Assembly (NCBI GenBank): GCA_023515725.1
Contig: JALDTO010000098.1
Location: 1,142,164-1,206,163, forward strand
Direction of reading: 5' to 3'
DNA: 64,000 bases
Origin: Amoeboaphelidium protococcarum X5
Taxonomy: Eukaryota; Fungi; Aphelidiomycota
Part shown: positions 1-11,710 of the stretch, one piece after another
Layout of the letters: each line of letters starts with the position of its first letter
How positions within the stretch are numbered: position 1 is the stretch's first letter
Notes under the pieces: generated by a model
The model's input: only the letters and a program-made list of their open reading frames with translations
The model's database searches: none
What the model was told of the DNA's origin: nothing
Program-made: the position numbers and the translations under genes

Positions 1-872
1 CAATGCCACCATCTTCCTAGCCTCCTGTGGCAGCTGGTGCATAACCTACTGATGCTAAGCAGTAACAATAGACTCAAAATGCCACGTCAATGAGTTTCCC
101 TCCTCCTCCATCAAGTGCGCCTTCAAAGAAATAATCGACTGATGCAATTAATGTCGCAAGTAAGAGCACTACTCACTTATCTGACACGGCTGGTAATGGT
201 AGTAATTAGCTCAGTGGTACAGTTGGTTCATTGAAGCCGGCCGAATCAACTGATAGTGATATTACAAGACAGATGGCTGAAGCGTAGGCGGCTGCGTTGG
301 CAGAAGCTCTCGGAAGTCAAGGCAATCTTCTTGGTGGAAGTAAGGTGAATCTATCCGTTCTACCTGAGCCTCGTAGTAGCTCACTTTAGAATGTGCAGCA
401 GGTTGGGCAGTCTGGTAACCGCATCGACACAAGTAACAGCGGCAACTATAACGCGGTCTCGACTTCTGACATCAGAGTCACTGATGCTAATGGAAACTAG
501 AAGAAATTGTCTATCGAATCTAAACCAAAGTCTGGCTTCCTGAGCCTTGGTGGTAGTTAGAGTAATCTGCCTGTGGTGGAAGATGAGAGCAAGGATGTGA
601 ATCCGCACATTGTAGTTTAAACTGAAGGAGATGCAATCACCACTAATCCTCTGCAGGCGATCACCAAGAGCAGATCCAAGATGACATTGAATGCTGGATT
701 GAGTAACTCTGACCTGTCTGGACAACCTCAGTCACATCAATAGTTGAATGGTGGTAGCGGTGTGGCCAGTGTTGGCGCGTCTCAGCTGCTCAGTGCTACC
801 AACATTGCCGTTCCCTCTTAGAAGAGTGCCGATGTTGAAAGTTCTGTCAAAGGATAATATTAAAGTGCTTGA
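1..872 (+). CDS. 3' end of an unknown protein (low-complexity S/G/Q/N-rich tail), truncated by the window edge
   Basis: Frame 3 is open from the window start to TGA at 870-872 with TAA/TAG read as Gln; no recognisable domain. Confidence 0.7.
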
Positions 873-1091
873 ATAGATGAGAGATTGAATGTGATTATAT
901 AAAAGTTTACTCTGGTTTGTATAACATAGTTGTTCTTTTATCTAAATTTATAAATGCGTTAAACACCATCACATTGTGTACCAGATGTGTATTAAGTGAG
1001 ATTCTCTCGGACTTGTCTGTTTCCTTTTATTAACCGTCTTGTTTCCGCTGCGATATTTTAGGAAATCTCCGTGAAGTAAACAGCTAATATC

Positions 1092-1500
1092 ATGTCTCAA
1101 GTTACTGTATACTACAGCTCAGTGAGCGGAAATATGTCGGTAAATATTTAATACTTTCGCTGCTTATTGCAATAGTTAAAAAATAAAAATTGTGTAGATT
1201 AAAAAGAACTAATAGGCGGTGCTCAATGTCCTTGATGGCAAGAAAGTTCCGTATAAGGTATCACTTCCCTTATTTAACATTAATTAATAACTAATCAAAT
1301 ATCCAATCGTAAAATAATTGTAGTTGGTTGATGTCGCTGCAGATGAAAAGGCTAGAGTTGAGATGAAGTAGAAGAGCGGTAAGGCCACCCTACCACAAGT
1401 GTTTGTCGATGGTCAGTTCAAGGGCGGATTTGAAGATTTTGAATTGGCCACTGAGGATGGAAAACTCAATGAATTCTTTGGACAATCTGGAGTATTTTGA
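1092..1500 (+). CDS. SH3BGR-family glutaredoxin-like protein (3 exons: 1092-1139, 1198-1257, 1324-1500)
   Basis: MSQVTVYYSSVSGNMS|IKKNQQAVLNVLDGKKVPYK|LVDVAADEKARVEMKQKSGKATLPQVFVDGQFKGGFEDF; two GT..TGTAG introns; ends in TGA. Confidence 0.85.
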
Positions 1501-1615
1501 ACAGTTAGTTCTATTGATTATGAGATTATAATAAGATTATAATTATGTTGATCAATTATAAAATCCTTCACAAGAACAGAGTAGCATAATACTCAAAAAT
1601 CACTGAATATAAAAT

Positions 1616-2448
1616 TCAACTATTATTACCTACGTGACCAACAATGGTTAAATCTCTCATCTGCTACAGTGCAGACTCCACGCTGCTTATCGGTCCTCCA
1701 TACTGATGAGCCAGTTCCTCCAGATTGGACATTCTTTCATGAGCATCTTTCACAAAGTTGAGCTAACACTTGACCAGAGCCTCCAACGATGGATCCAAAT
1801 AAGGAACTCGGATATCGATAAGCTTTGGCAAATCCTCAATCAGCTGTTTGTTAAGCTCCTCATAGATTTCTCTACATTCAGCCAGCTTACGTTCAGCAGA
1901 CGGCAACTTATCCGGATCATCATGCGGCTTCTCCACCAACCGCTTCACTTTGGCACGTTGAGAGTCATAGTCGAGTAGCTTCTTTTATCGCTTCCTGATA
2001 GCTTCATTCACCTCTGGAAAGTAGGCATTAAACTTGCCCAGTGGTTCCAGCACGGTAGTTCTATAATCCTTGTCCAAGGCAGTTCTAACATCTTCATCCA
2101 GAGCACTGGCAACCTCTTTGTACTTGAGCCCGACTTCGGCGAGTTGACTATTCTCATCATAAAACTGATTAATCGTGTCCGCCATTCGTTACTGCGCCAA
2201 TGTCATTGCCCTCACAGCATCCAGGTATCCTTTAGCCTCCTTATTCAACTGAACAATCTTCTACTCCAAGATCTTGAACCTCCTCTCCTCATCATCAAAG
2301 TCTCTATCCACAGTCTTTTCCACGACACCAGTCTTTTACATGATCTACACACATTCACACTATGCATCTACAATTTATACAGAGTCAAAATTAAACTTAC
2401 AGAGGTGGATGCTCTATCAAACGCTTTCTATATACCCTTGAAGCTCAT
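1616..2448 (-). CDS. RVS161: BAR-domain amphiphysin-like protein Rvs161/Hob3 (one intron ~2345-2400)
   Basis: MSFKGIQKAFDRAS|IMQKTGVVEKTVDRDFDDEERRF...KKLLDYD...LPKLIDIRVPYLDPSLEALVKCQ; BAR domain only, no SH3. Confidence 0.88.
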
Positions 2449-2700
2449 AATTATTACGTGTACAATTTCAAAGTACCTTTTGTAAGTATATAGTATGAGT
2501 GTGATATAAAGCTAGATATTTTATGATCAGTTATATTAAGTGGAGAAGGGAAGAAAGGAAAGGTAGAGGGGCCGATCACTTTCTCGCGGAATCATCAAGT
2601 TTACAGACCTGATGATACTGAGCAAAAAAACAGATAGAAAAGTGAATATCTCTGCTGTCTCTATAACTTGAAATTACTAAGATTTTTAAAACAGCGAATA

Positions 2701-3657
2701 TCACTATTATTATTATTAAAGTTGGATGGTGAGAGTGCGGATACATTCTTCGACTTCGTCAGCCTTCCGACCGCTCCAGATGGTGCAAAACTTGTTGAAA
2801 TCAATGGGAAGATCCAACTACAATGAACGAATCGCAATGTAAACACAGGACAGTGCAAGAACTCGCGCGATCGTCCGTGTTTCAACCGTGTAATGTTGAG
2901 AGTCTGCTGGATCTTTGACGCGTTCTACACGAACTGTTTTTGTTTCCCCTTATACTGTAGGCGATTATGTAGCAGTTAAATCTTGCGTGTATCCAGGCAG
3001 TTTAGGTAAAATACATATATTCTAGTGATACGCAGCGTTTGCAATTGATAGTGCAATCTGACAGACCATTTACGACGCCACAGAGTCTTGCATCATCACT
3101 TTACATATTCGCATAATCCACACATGCGGCAACTCTACTTGCATGTTAAAGCCAAGTATACGCAGTAGAATAAACTCAACTTTCGTGCAAGAGTCCCGAA
3201 TCTTGAAGTACTGCTCATTAATCTTCATAAACTACTCACCGGAGTGCATAGCTTTATACACACATCCAATGACATCTCGTGATTTCCGGTGCTCTTCAGT
3301 GGACTTGCAAGCCAAAATTATGCACACGGTGAGGATGAGAGACTCTGGAATATTCTTAAACTTGCTATCCTAGTCCTATTGTTTTTACTCAATAAACTAC
3401 TTATATCTATGATAATAAAACAGAGCAGTACATTCAGCATGTATACTGAGCTTGAGCATGCTACATGATGGAGACAAGAATCGCAGCAGGTCAGGGCTAT
3501 TAGCAGAATCTTCCACGCTTGGCGTGGACTGTATCGCGCAATTGTCACTTGGAGCAATAATAGGTGTATTCACGGTGGAACTACTGTCAATCATCATGCT
3601 GTCTTGTACATCTTAAGAACTGTCTACGCGCTATGGTGCCGATGGACTTTCCCTCAT
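2701..3657 (-). CDS. Cyclin, transcription-type (cyclin Q/FAM58-like)
   Basis: Cyclin box LACKSTEEHRKSRDVIG and YFKIRDSCTKVEFILLRILGFNMQVELPH; 318 aa open frame ending TAA-TAA-TAA-TAA-TAG-TGA. Confidence 0.75.
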
Positions 3658-3797
3658 CGTTCGCTGACTGTAATATCACTATAACCAGGATAAAATAAAC
3701 ACAAAATTCTAATGATTGAGAGAAAAACGTTGAAGAATCAAAAGAGAGACACATTGAGTTCCAAACATCAATCTAATACAATCAATCAATCAATCAA

Positions 3798-4928
3798 TCA
3801 TACATCATCATTCTAAGTTATTTATAAGTGAGGATACATAACAATTAAATCAGTTATATCGCTATCGGATAGTAGATTTCTGCGATACCAGCCATTGTCA
3901 GAAAAGACTAATCCTGTTTTTATTGTCAGAGATTTAAGCTGTACTCCAGATGATGATAGAGTAGACATCATTTCGAGAAAATTCAGTATTCCTTGTCGCG
4001 TCATTACACCATAGTTAGAATCCAAATAGAGGTGCCGCAATCTTTGCTTACCGGGATCTTACGAGAGTTTCTGTGCAATTTATAGTAGATGATTTTGATT
4101 AAATTTTCCACATTTTGCTATAAACAAGGACGTAATGGAGCACCGATCATATATTCTAAGCAGTGATTTAAATGACACCTATTTGGCATAAGATACGCAA
4201 AACTTTTGTAGACGCGGACTGTGATGAGCAAGGAGGAGGAGTCCATCATCAGTCAAATGATACACTTTGCTGAGAGATAACGCGACCAAGTCTTAGAGTT
4301 GAGAATAACAATTCTACAACCATGCATCAGTGAGTAGAGAGCAGCCATTAAGATGCAACTGTCTTATGCATCTAGTTTAGAGGAGAATAGCAGTGAGCGC
4401 CTCATCAGTCAGCTGTTGACAATCAGACAGATTCAGCGCCATTAGATTCTGAAATAGCCGAGAATCGAGTTTTAAAATAGTTTCATTTCGCACGAGTATC
4501 GTACGGCTACTTAACTACGATAGATCCAACTGCCTAACTAGGGATAGATGAGAGTTGGCAATCATATTGTCACAGTCCAATAGTTTATTGAATGAAGAAA
4601 CTTTTCTGGGCTAGACGCGATGAAATAGCATTACCGTGGCTAAAGGGAGCAACTGTCTACTGGCAAGCCTCATTTGCCGATAATCAGCCTGACTCAGATA
4701 CATCATTATTCGTAACACTAACTCAACAGGTATTGGGATCGGTTCAGTCTTGATAGGAGTACATTTTTCATGGGTTATCAAGAATTTCTTTCGATCCATC
4801 AAGCGCAGAGGTTCCAGATACTCGATGAGTGATACTCTTTTAACTGAACTCTTATTCTGCTTACGATCAGTAAGGGTCATCCCATCAACAGATTCAATCA
4901 ATGATTATTCCGGCATTTTCTGTAACAT
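3798..4928 (-). CDS. F-box/leucine-rich-repeat protein
   Basis: F-box IPVELVLRIMMYLSQADYRQMRLASRQ, then LRRs (LNLSDCQQLTDEAL, LHLNGCSLLTD, LSLSKVYHLTDDGL); joins two track ORFs via TAA/TAG=Gln. Confidence 0.85.
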
Positions 4929-5301
4929 CTTATTAAGATAGTGTTTAATCAAGTTAAATTCATTGCGAGATTGCAAGAAATCTAGGGAGGCTGTAACGAT
5001 AAAAATAACCATAATGCTGATCACATGACTACGCAACTTATTTGTATCCAATGATCTTATCAAACCGACAAACAATACTAAAGTACTCTAGATATGAGAT
5101 ATATTCATAGTATCAGAGCAGTATCTCAACTCATTCAAAAAATTACTATACTTGGCTATATAAGGTCATCAAGACTGAGTTCAATCATATGTAAACTCTA
5201 GGGTTCATTCATTCATTCAAAACTAGACCGTTCAAGTTGAAACAGTTACAGATATGGCACGAGGCGCGCGTCACATCGGCAGCCTGCACTGCGAACAGAC
5301 C

Positions 5302-5328
5302 GAGAGAGAGAGAAAGAGAGAGAGAGAG
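5302..5328. repeat. (GA)n microsatellite
   Basis: gagagagagagaaagagagagagagag. Confidence 0.8.
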
Positions 5329-5429
5329 CAGTTCTGTGTCGCTTTGATGGTCAACCGAAACGAAAAACGCGCTCTGTCTCTCGATCATAATCTCAGCCTG
5401 ATCAGTCCTCATCTCTTTTCTTTCGCAAC

Positions 5430-5856
5430 GTCAAGGTTGAGATTGGGACAAACTAGTAAACATTACAAGCCTTAACTGTGCTTTGTGCCTTCACTTCATT
5501 TAGCGTGTACTTGTGGCTCCCGTATAAGAAGAAGTGACTCTTTGGCGGCTTCGGGGTGTCAGCACCTGAGCTACATGTACATTCTAGATGACGTGTTGTT
5601 TGCCTTTACCACGCTAGTAGGAAAGTCCGCGGCTGCATATAGTGTTAGACTTGAGTCGTTCCATTAATTGGGACCACTGGCATTAAAAGAGACACGGTGG
5701 GTGAATCATTATGGCAAGCGAGTACTATTTTATTATTATAGATGTATGATGCCGATTCACTCCATCTTGAGATATGCCCAGGCTAATCATTTTGAGTGCA
5801 ATGTTCCAGCGGGTGGCAACACCTGTTACAGAATGCGGATTATACTTGACCTTGAC
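5430..5856 (+). ncRNA. RPR1: Nuclear RNase P RNA
   Basis: P1 GTCAAGGTTGAG (5430-41) pairs with CTTGACCTTGAC (5845-56); P2 TTGGGAC (5443-49) with GTTCCAG (5803-09); CR-I GGAAAGTCCGC (5620-30) pairs with GCGGATT in CR-V ACAGAATGCGGATTA (P4); CR-IV AGTGCAAT (5795-5802); CR-II-like AGAGA; P19 hairpin with GCAA loop; oligo-T at 5861. Confidence 0.85.
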
Positions 5857-5972
5857 TCCCTTTTCTCTTTTACACTTTACACTCTTACTTTCTTTATCAT
5901 TAATCTTCGTGTTAAACACGCTTCAACAGGGGCGTTGGTTGTCTTGTCCGCCTCTATACAACAATAATAAAG

Positions 5973-7016
5973 ATGGCTACCGGTTGCGCGGAGATTAGAG
6001 TCTCCGGGAATCAAGTGTCGTCTCTGGCTGCACATTATCCTCTCAAATTACACAAACTTTAATCGTCAATTAATACAGAGTCTGTGTATTTGTACCTCAT
6101 AACGTATGGTGGTGGATTACTAAGCGGAGACCATGCGCGCATTAATGTTGAAGTGAAGAATGGTGGATGCGTGTCTTTATACTCTCAAGCATCGACAAAG
6201 ATTTACAAGCAGTAGAAACTTTAAGCATTATCACCCTCCTCCTCAGCTCCTCTGGTCCAGACTTCTTGCAGTGAATGTTCGTTGTACTCTTATAAGGAAA
6301 GTGATAAAACAACGCGTCAAGACTTTTATAGCAAGGTGCAATCTGGCAGTGAATTTTACCATCTTCCTGAGCCTATTACACCATTTGCTGATTCAAGATT
6401 TTCGTAATGCTCTAATATAATTATGGATTTAATGTAATAATAATAAGCGCAAGACGGTAGTTAAAACAGTGATGATATTAGTACTTCAAGCGGAGATTTA
6501 CCAGACATAATATGGTTGGATTGGATGTCTTCAGGACGATCTGCGCGTGGAGAACGTTGGATTTTCGATTCATTTAGGAGTGAAACAAAGTTATCCATTG
6601 CAACAACAGATATGAAAGATGTACACAACGGAGAATGTCTTATATACCGCGACTGCTACTAGATATAGAGGCATAGCAGATTTGTGATGAAAGATCAGCT
6701 GAACGTTATGGGAACCATTCTTTTAGTCGCTGGTCCGAAAGTATCTCGCCTTATTGAGTCTATCAAGGATCACATTGATTCGCATCAAATTGGAACTCAT
6801 CTGCCTAAATAGAATCATCTCATGGCGTATTCTCCTATAATTTATAAACCATTATCTTCCAAATAGTCTCAAGTGGGTGAAGAATGCGTGGTAGGTATAG
6901 TGGTCAAGTTTGCATTTACAGAAGTTCACTTGGCGCGGTAATGGATTCTCAATGTAGTGCTGAAAGATTATGAGACTATCACAGGGCGGCGGAATCTATT
7001 CGCCAGGTAGTTATGA
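5973..7016 (+). CDS. ureD: Urease accessory protein UreD/UreH
   Basis: YPLKL, TYGGGLLSGD, SQASTKIYK, LPEPITPFADS, WMSSGRSARGERW; single exon, 347 aa. Confidence 0.9.
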
Positions 7017-7078
7017 AAACTGTTTATGTATAGAACTAAAGCTAATGTATGTATGAGTGTTTCTCTTAATATACAAGT

Positions 7079-8098
7079 TCAATAATACTAGTATTATCCA
7101 GAGTATTATTGTTACTGTTAGTAGCCCGGTTGAGGGTATTGCTAAACTCGCGCTTGGTTCCCATAGCCATTTGCATATTGTTAGGAGTATTTACCAGCCT
7201 GCTGATTATAACCATATCCGTCTCTATATTCACCGCCTTGACGCCTTTAATAGTTATGTGATGGTCGCCGACCATACTGTTAATGTTGTTGATTTTGTTG
7301 CTATCTCTCCCTTTCAAGTCTCTCATATCTCTACCGCCGCTCAGCATCATATTTACCTCTCAGACCGTCATAAGATTCTCGCAATTTCATAAATCCCAAA
7401 TGTTACTTGCCTTAATTATGCGCTTATATCCGTTCTGGCGCGTCATTTTATACCAGTAAGGCTCCACAGACTTCGCAAACATCCATTTTCTTATCTTTGG
7501 CCTCTTCAGCTCTGAGGGCGTGCAATACAAGCATCAATTCTTCAGCCTCATTATCAGCAGCTTTCGCTTCTTCCACCAAGCCTTGGTCGCCAAGCTATTC
7601 AACTTTATTCTAAAATTACTAAATCTAGAACTCGGCAATGATTATCCGCTCGTGCCTCTCCTCCCGTGCCATCATCAATTATCTGTTGGCATCTTCATCG
7701 CCGACAGCATTCAGCCTCTCCTGTCCACGCTTAAGCTTTCGCTCCATATCTCTCAAGATATCTCGGACATAGTAGAAGAAGGAAGTCTCATACTCTTTCT
7801 GGAAGGCCATAATCTAACTGGCATATAACGATCTCCCATCCGGACCTTCAGTCTTAAAGTCGCGATTCTACTTGGCTTACTCCACGTACTACTAAAACTC
7901 TTTCCGCAATCTTTCATCGTGCACTTTGGTACAGTATCCCAGATCACTCTTTGTATTGATAAACATGTCGTGCGGACAGTACGCTACCAGGTAATGCTTG
8001 CATATTGCCTCTTCACTGAAATGACGCTTCCGAATCACAGGATCATCCCTGTCCACGCCCATAAGAGTATCCAGCAGTTTACGCGCGTACTCTGTCAT
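7079..8098 (-). CDS. LUC7: U1 snRNP-associated splicing factor Luc7
   Basis: ARKLLDTLMG; zinc finger 1 CKHYLVAYCPHDMFINTKSDLGYCTKVH; zinc finger 2 VCEVCGALL...HNQGKQHLGF; Q/Y/G-rich tail. Confidence 0.92.
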
Positions 8099-8284
8099 AT
8101 TTATCGCCCAAATATATGAGTTGATATTATAAGGATTGGTTAGCAAAATTCAGAATTACTGATAGAATAAAGATTAAACAAGGCTTTTTACAAAGAGAGA
8201 GAGAAAATCGCTTTTCATTACTCTAATCGCCTTCCGTAAGAACTCAAGATTTATATGGTACAATTGTTTTGATTGGTGTATAAA

Positions 8285-8527
8285 ATGGGTAAGTTACTGA
8301 TTACGTTGACTTGGAAATATTTCCCTTCAGAGTCTGGTCTTGTCAAAGGCTTCTTCAAGTATGTCCGATCTGACATGGTTCCTCGTAAATGCCGTAGTAA
8401 ACTGGTGAAGACATTTGCCAAGTGTGTGATGGAAAATGGTTCAGACAGTCTCAAGGATTTAACTTAAGATCTGGCTGACGAGTATGACTATGACATTGAC
8501 ATGGATGATCGTTGTGGCTACTACTGA
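8285..8527 (+). pseudogene. Fragment resembling the C-terminus of the neighbouring large F-box protein
   Basis: LVKGFFKYVRSDMVPRKCRSKLVKTFAKC resembles LVRGFFHCIESNELLPQERVSLIQSFCQE at ~11090-11180; weak, by-eye similarity. Confidence 0.4.
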
Positions 8528-8558
8528 TTCGGATGTTGATATTACTGCATACTAATAA

Positions 8559-8775
8559 ACGTGTTTGTTCTGATTCGCATCAAATTTAATGGTACAGATC
8601 CGTGAGCGACTTTATTATCTCCAGGTAGAAAAAGTTCAAGCTATCGCCCAGCAGTTCACTACTTTCTCATATCAGATTCGTAAATCCAACCTAGCAGAGA
8701 AGAGGCACGCCGGTCAGCTTTTAACAGCGAGATGAACATGATCTTGTCTTACTCAGACTAGTCCGTTATACTACT
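8559..8775 (-). pseudogene. Internal fragment of a Crinkler-like NTPase/REase gene (paralog of 11711-13318)
   Basis: 8659-8763 matches 12290-12394 at 92/105 nt by hand count; it has a premature TGA and a frameshift. Confidence 0.85.
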
Positions 8776-8905
8776 TATCATCATTATAGATCAGAGACAA
8801 GCGCGCCGGAGACCCCTTTATCAATATCTTGTCAACTCCTCTATGTTGATAAACTGAGAGGAGAGAGAGAGTTAAGCCATCCAACAGAAAAATTATCTTT
8901 AAGGC

Positions 8906-11277
8906 ATGATGTCTAATCTCACGAATCTTCTCTAGCTGCCCACGACTACTTTGCATTAATACCTGAGGCCTGTGGATCTATTGGAATTGTGTATTAGCTG
9001 CAAAGAATGCCGTGACACCATTCTTAAGTAAAGATTGCCTCTTTTTAAGGTGTACTTTTGGTACTATGGCCCTCTAATTGCTGCGGACCGCATCAGACAT
9101 CATGCGTACCTCCAGCTAACGTCTAAATAAGATTACAGATACTTCCTCCATTCTTATATTAAACATTTTCCGGTTCTATTAGACTTTGCAAGGCACCGTT
9201 ACGTCAATGAAAACGACGAGACTTTCATATTAGATATAGCATGGAGAAATGCCATCAAGGAGTTTTATCCCTCTAATACGAAAAGTTCTATTAGGAAGGG
9301 TAAGTACGAGCAAATAAGGTTTAAGAAATGGTCAGATTTGTATAGTAAGAACGAAATATATTGTACAGATAGCAAAGACTTGGTGCTGGCTTCATCTCAG
9401 CTTGACTTGATTATATCATTATTTGGCATAGTTGCGAAAGAGTTCTGGTATCCCGGGACTGAACAAGATCCTCCTGTTATGTCGGTTTTTGGTTATTATC
9501 ACGATGCTATAAAGAACTTCTGGCTTGATGCTCTGATGATTGTCGTAAATAAAGAATTTGATGCCCGAGACTATGATCATTGTAGGTCATTGAACCGGGC
9601 TTTTAATCGAATTTCTGGCTCGGTTCACCGCCTTGACGTATTTATCGATCAAATATGCGATTACTTTTGCCTTGGTACATGCGATGAAGTGAGAGAGAAA
9701 TTGTTCAATTACTTGGAATTTTCTCCCCATTTCTGTGGACTCTATGCGTATCTTAATATTCTCAAGTAACAAGACTTGATCGATGATAGTAAGAACCTAA
9801 AATAGTTCTTTTCTGAATTAGTGATGAAGATTTTGAACCACCCTGGCCAATCGAATCTTATTTCAAATGGTCTTCACCGATTTTGGTTGATCAGAGATTA
9901 TATGCAAATTTCTAATAAATTTGGTCAACTATTAACGCGTCATTTGTCTGCTGAGTGCATTCTCCAATAGATCGAAGAAGTGGAAGTTGCGTCTAGCATT
10001 GAATGGGGATGGGCTGTGTTGTCTCTACTAAAGTTGTACAAGAATGTTACTGAGATTAATGGTATTTACAGCTTGATTGTCATCGAAAGCTCAACAATGG
10101 TCTGGCAGTAGAGGCCATGAATTTGTTTATTGCTTTATATTCTTCCAAGGCTGAATACGCGTTTGAATGTGATACAGAACTGCTCTCTGATTCTGCAGTG
10201 TAAACGTTAGTCCAAGTGCTGGAATCACTATTGGAAAGTTAGATTGTACTTTGGAATGCTGTAGATTTTCAGATAGGGAAACCATTTTTATCTGCTGAGA
10301 AGTTCTTACTAGATCATAGATAATTTTTCATATGCAAGACTATATCAATGTTTAACCGAGTTCGCTGTAATGTAATGTATGATTGTACTGGGTTGCATGA
10401 TTAAGTGAAAATGATTGTTGAAAGTCTTGGTGGACTAAAGAAATTTACAAAGTATGTGCTAAGTATTCAGCCAGACGTATTTAGTGGACTGAATTATTGC
10501 CTTTTCATGGATATTCTATGCGATCACATCCCTCTTCATGATCAAATTACTCTAGAGGAAGTTTCCGTCCATATGGTGAAATTATGTTTTCAATAGACTC
10601 ACTTCTGCCCTGACATTCTAGCTTAATACTTTGAAAATATGTACAGGTGTAACGCGTACTCCCCGGTGGCTTGCTAGAAACTATTAAAGATTGCTGATGA
10701 TGAGTAGTTAGAGTGGCTATTCAACTATTTTAGTCAAGATGAGATAGTTGCTTTGAATATAGGATCACGGTTCTTGCAGCCGTGGGTTAATAAATTGATT
10801 AAGATTGAAGAAGACTCTTAATTCCCAGATAACATCATATAGATTGTGCAAATTTGCCATACAAATGATAAAAATCTATATTTTGCTCCCACTAGCGTTC
10901 GCAGAATTCTGGCTCACTGCATCAGTAATGCCGTCTTGCTATAGCCGGAGCACAGTACATCTAGATACTGGTTCTTTGAAGGATTGCCACTCTTCATTAT
11001 GCAGGAAAGAATCATACTGAGAATTTATATTGATATTTGGCCTCATGCAATACTAGCGTCTCAGAGTTTAAGAGTCTATGGGTATGAGGAGCTGGTTCGT
11101 GGCTTCTTTCATTGCATTGAGTCTAATGAACTTTTGCCTCAGGAGAGAGTATCGCTGATCTAGTCGTTCTGTCAAGAGGCTGCGGATGCTAATAATGATG
11201 CCTTGTTGGATGTGGCCTTGACGTTGGTAGAGCAGTCAAAGATCATTTCCATGGATGATTTGGAGCCTATAAGGTGA
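8906..11277 (+). CDS. Large protein with N-terminal F-box-like motif; frameshift between 10054 and 10117 (possible pseudogene)
   Basis: MMSNLTNLLQLPTTTLHQYLRPVDLLELCISCKECR; frame 2 open to TGA 10118-10120, frame 1 open from 10054 to TGA 11275-11277. Confidence 0.6.
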
Positions 11278-11410
11278 TACATTTGTAATACAATTGATAA
11301 TCCGATTTTATATCTTAATTTTAATAACTGGAGGGCCACATTTCGTTTTATCTCTCTCTCCTTTAAAATCTGTGACAGCTTTGACGCGTCGATTTGTCAC
11401 TCTCAAACTT

Positions 11411-11620
11411 ATGAACGCGGCATCTATACTTGAACTCTTGCTACTTCAGGACTCAAATCTTTATGGTTATTTACGGCCTGTAGATTTATTGCAGTCGAAA
11501 TTGTCATGTCGCGATGGTCAAGATATAATGTTGGGGTAAAAGTCTCTAATTCGTCGCACTTATTGGAAGCACTGTATTACGGACCAATGTTGGCAGTCTA
11601 TAGCTGAAGAGTGTCAGTGA
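11411..11620 (+). pseudogene. Truncated paralog of the F-box-like N-terminus
   Basis: YLRPVDLLQSKLSCRD versus YLRPVDLLELCISCKE; out-of-frame YYGPMLA versus YYGPLIA. Confidence 0.65.
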
Positions 11621-11710
11621 TTATATAATGAGTCGCCTAAAGATTTAGATATTTTATATTCCCAATATTTTTCATGAGATTTTATTTAATTCATAAAATG
11701 CAGCTAGAGT

